64,000 nt of DNA, taken from the NCBI GenBank assembly GCA_010015805.1, contig ML978122.1, positions 496,001 through 560,000 on the forward strand, written 5' to 3'. Below the pieces are notes generated by a model. That model was not told the DNA's origin, made no database searches, and saw only the letters and a list, made by a program, of their open reading frames with translations. This DNA is from Rhizodiscina lignyota. Taxonomy: Eukaryota. A program made the translations under genes and the position numbers. This document shows positions 60,283 to 64,000 of the stretch, one piece after another (the stretch's first letter is position 1; every line of letters begins with the position of its first letter).

Positions 60283-62632
60283 TTACTCTTTACGAGGATG
60301 GGTAGCTGCCTTCGAGCCCTCTCCTTCGCCCTTGGACGAAAACTGCACGATCGACAACGCCTTTGCCTCTGCCATCATGGCCTCAAATTCTTCGTCGCGT
60401 TCCAGCGACTGGTCATCTGTCTGCACCGGCAGACTCGCATACGCCTCGGCCTTCGACATATGCTTGGCCTTCTTCTTTCCCGCCTGCGCAGGCTTCACGT
60501 CTTCTCTGCCTTCGGATGGGATGGGCAGGATGGGCACTGCTCTGGCCTTGCCTTTACCCTTGTACGGGCGATTGTCCTCCATAGCCTCCGGCTGAGCCTT
60601 CTCCGTAGCTTCTTGGTCTGTGGACACATTTAATAGATCGGGTGGAATGAGCAATCCTTGATCCTTCCATTTACCTTTGGACAGTGGGTACAACTCGTGC
60701 TTGCCGGTGCCGGACAGAGCCTTTGCCTTTGACTCTTCGTTGCCTTGGGATTGGAGGCCCATTTCAGCCGCAGCTTTGGCCTTCTGTTTAGCCTTGTACG
60801 TCTCCATGAAGCGTTTCATGTCTTCATCGCTTGAGGATTCGTTGTCGTCAGGGTCGTCGAAGCCTGTGAACTTGCTCTCCTTCACCATGTTGAAGAGGCC
60901 CTTCAGCTTCGCTTCTTCACTCTCCGATTCGTCGTCGTTAGTCTCGACCAGCTCCGGCGTCGCTTTTGCTTTGCCTTTGCCCTTGTACGATTGCTTGCCC
61001 ATCATCGTGTCGAACAGAGTCTTCGGCTTTGCTTCTTTGCTTTTGGATTGATCCTTGTCAGGCATGGCCAACTCCGGCACCTCTTTTGCTTTGCCTTTGC
61101 CCTTGTACCAGCGCTTGTGAATCGGAGTCTCCCGGAGAATCCTCTCGTCTTCTTCGGTTGGGGGTCGCGGGGTGAAGCCCAGGAATCCGGACACCAGCGC
61201 CTTCTCCAAAGCGTTCGGATCCTCGCCCTCTTCAGCCTTCTCCCAAACTGCTTTGACAGTCTCCTTCTTGTCCTTCTCGTAGACATACTTGCTGTCGTAA
61301 AGATCCACATTTGCCTTCATCGCTGCCAGCTCGCGGTCGAACCTCTCCTCGCTTGTGGCTTCGTACTCGCGCAGGTCTAAGGCCAGCTCGTCGAGCACGG
61401 CCTTCATTTCCATAGCTTTTGGCGAGTCGGCTCCGAGAATCTTCACGAGATAAATGTATCCCTTTCTTGCGCTGTTGTAGGCATACGTCACATGTCCCAA
61501 CTCCTGAAAGACTCCCGCTAGGCCCATGTGTCTATCGAGTGTCAGTGATGTCAAGTGTTTAGCATTGGGAAAAAGGGCCACTCACATTTCACCCAGTTGA
61601 GGAGTCACGAGACCCTCGTCAATCATCAAACCTGCGGCTTGCATCAACAGGAAGCTCTGGCCGTTGAGTTCAGATCGACGATCCCTATATGGCTTCTTGT
61701 GTCCCGGAGGTCCATGCTTTCCCTCTTCCAGCGAGTCGTTGATCTCTCGCAGGCGGTATCTCCGCATCATACTACGCGCAGCGAAGCAGTTCGGGTCCAG
61801 CACACCGTTCGATCCTGGGCCGACACACGCCGGGCAGGCGCAGCGGAAGCCGTAGTGCTGCAGCTCCCACTTTCGCATTGCAGGATCATAGAAGATGTCA
61901 CAGTATGTCACCTCGATTTCTTCGCCCTTCTCAATATCGTAAATCGCATGCACGGTCTCCATGCCCTTGCCGTTGTCGAGATTCTGATTCCAAGCGAAGT
62001 GGGCGTTCGGGACGCACGAGTGATTGATCCTACTCGCAGTTGGGAAGACTGCCGCTCCCTGACCGTTGTCACCCCACGTCATTGCGTTGGTCATGAAGAC
62101 GCTCATAGCAGTCTTCTCTGGCCCGGTGCGTGCATCATGCAGTTCCTGAATACGCTGCTTCTCGCGTTCAGGGATATTCGGGAAGATCTTGGACGGCCAG
62201 AGTTCAGTTGGCTGGCCATGGGCAGAAGCGAGTGAAAAGAAGATCTCATGCTCGGCTGCCGTCTTGTCACAAAGAGCTTCCTCGATATCCTTCTTCAAGT
62301 AGTGACCGAACGGAATGACGACCAGCGGGGACTCGGCAAGAATGCGCGTTCCGTAGGGGATATACTCTGTTGCGAACATACCGAGTCCGTGGTTTTCGGT
62401 TTGGCGGATCTCGAAGACGGTGTTCGCGATCTTCATAGTTTCGAATTTTCTGCAAAGGTTAACTGAAGGCTCTATCATTGCGTTGGGCGCATATTCACTC
62501 AGCATACTCTTTCTGCCACTCCGTAGGAGTGTCTCTGATGCGGAGTCTGTCCATTGTGGGACCAGCTTCACGCGCTACCTGCGCCAGGTACTCCATAGAT
62601 TGAAGGTATTCATCGAGAGTAGGATCCATCAT
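60283..62632 (-). CDS. SET-domain lysine methyltransferase (SMYD/Set5-like) with a long charged, repetitive C-terminal tail
   Basis: MMDPT exon, intron, then HGLGMFAT, RINHSCVPNA, IEKGEEIEVTY and post-SET YGFRCACPAC; a second intron at about 61585-61533 joins ORF 60283-61581. Confidence 0.85.
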
Positions 62633-63003
62633 GAAAGGTAAATCGAGAGAGAGAGAAGCAGTGTCTTCCTCGGAAAGGAGAGTTGAAGGTGTGTGCTTGG
62701 GAAGAGGTGGAAAGAGAATTTGAAGGTGAGGTGTTGAAAGTTTTTGCAGCCTGCAATTTACCTTGAGCAAAATTGCATCACATCCAAAAACGGAAAGCAC
62801 GCGAGGAGCGGGACGCGAGATTGGCCACCATCATCACAACAACGGCCTACCACAAGAAAGTTACGCCAATTTCGAGCCATGCGCTTGACGGCCTACACAC
62901 TGCTCTTTGATTTTACCCCGCTGTCTTGCCTGTGGAATCTATCCAGCCGTCTATTTGCCTACGCGTATTTGTGCCACTGCAGCTTCGGCCGGTCCGTGGG
63001 CCA

Positions 63004-64000
63004 TCAACCACCTGAGATAACCAGTTTCGCAGCCCTGATGAACGCCTGAATCTTTTCGATACTTTGCTGTCCATCCTCTTCAACACCACTGCTCACGTCC
63101 ACACCGGCTATCCTCGGCTCAAGGTCCCCAAGCTGTGCTAACACATCTCTTACATTACCTGGATTCAGGCCGCCAGCAAGCAGCACATTAACACCTTCAT
63201 CTTTCTTCAGCGCCTCTTTAACCATAGTAAGATTGAGAGATGTTCCCGTGCCGCCAATACCTGAGTCAAAGAGCGCAAGTGAATGATATCCTCTCAAGCC
63301 CATACCAGGTTCTCCTGGAGCGAACCTTCGGATGACCGGTACCGGAATAAGATTTGCCCATTCCACAGGTTCAGAGCCGTGCAGTTGGACGACATCGAGG
63401 TTCAGTAGTTTCTGCTGCTCCAGAATATACTCCAGCGGCTGATCCAGAAATACGCCGACCAGGACTGCCCGGTCTGGATGATGGAAGAAGTTACTGGCAG
63501 TATACACGTTCCAGTTCGACGCCACGCCTCGGGGATTACTCAAAGGTTTCAATTTGTTTGTGCGATGCGGTTTGGGAGTAGAGTGTACTGTCTCAGAGAT
63601 GGCAATGGCGACTTCTCTTGAGACGCAGCGCTTCCGTCCAGTGACAAGGATCATACCAATGGCATCTGCGCCAGCCTCTATAGCAGCTTTTGCTGCCGCT
63701 GGTGAACGAGTGCCACAAATCTTGACAAGCAGTTCCTGTCGTTGCTTTGTATCAGGTTTGGAGTCCCCACCAAGAAGCTCGTAGATGAATTGGGTCGTGT
63801 CTGCAGCCCGCATTAGAGCCTCTCCCACAAGCACAGCACCGACACCATTCTTCTGATAAGGTTCGACATCTTTCGGGCCGGAAATTCCACTCAAGGCGCA
63901 CACGACAGTGTCCTCCGGTACCAAGCTCATGAGGCGGCTGGTGGTATCAAGGTCTACCTCGAAGTTGGTCAAATTTCGATTGTTGACGCCGATGACTTTT
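63004..64000 (-). CDS. TRP1: Multifunctional tryptophan biosynthesis protein (IGPS C-terminal part plus PRAI), 5'-truncated by the window edge
   Basis: IGPS motifs GVNNRNL, ALSGI, LVGEALM; PRAI motifs [30 protein letters not shown]. Confidence 0.95.
   Translation of the reverse strand, partial: KVIGVNNRNLTNFEVDLDTTSRLMSLVPEDTVVCALSGISGPKDVEPYQKNGVGAVLVGEALMRAADTTQFIYELLGGDSKPDTKQRQELLVKICGTRSPAAAKAAIEAGADAIGMILVTGRKRCVSREVAIAISETVHSTPKPHRTNKLKPLSNPRGVASNWNVYTASNFFHHPDRAVLVGVFLDQPLEYILEQQKLLNLDVVQLHGSEPVEWANLIPVPVIRRFAPGEPGMGLRGYHSLALFDSGIGGTGTSLNLTMVKEALKKDEGVNVLLAGGLNPGNVRDVLAQLGDLEPRIAGVDVSSGVEEDGQQSIEKIQAFIRAAKLVISGG

Overview
Eukaryotic DNA from a filamentous ascomycete (Pezizomycotina, probably a Dothideomycete), with short GT-AG introns, CTRAY branch sites and about 30 genes. 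I rebuilt gene models by hand from the ORF track plus splice sites. Left part (1-19.5 kb): NmrA-like reductase, Zn2Cys6 TF, a DUF2306 pseudogene, FAD oxidoreductase, Dal5-type MFS permease, a Gly/Ser-rich GPI-type surface protein, an SDR and a single-pass membrane protein. Centre (20.1-51.7 kb): 14 consecutive genes with no PKS/NRPS/terpene backbone that look like a nitrogen-scavenging catabolic cluster for cyclic amides, ureides or N-heterocycles. It holds three amidases, a bacterial-type fused hydantoinase/oxoprolinase, a PuuE-like hydrolase, two Fe/2OG oxygenases, a MetE catalytic-domain-only protein, two SDRs, a flavin reductase-like protein, two transporters and an ACR-2-like Zn2Cys6 TF. 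A CCGATA(A/G) motif recurs in its promoters. Right part (51.9-64 kb): mostly housekeeping genes, namely a probable divergent Atg31-like gene, APC11, an MFS permease, PCC1, a small mitochondrial-type protein, a SET-domain protein with KGKGKAK repeats and the 3' part of TRP1/trpC. A degenerate 5 x 55-bp tandem array lies at about 50.0-50.3 kb. I recognised no rRNA, tRNA, CRISPR array or transposon. All family assignments come from recalled motifs; no database search was run.
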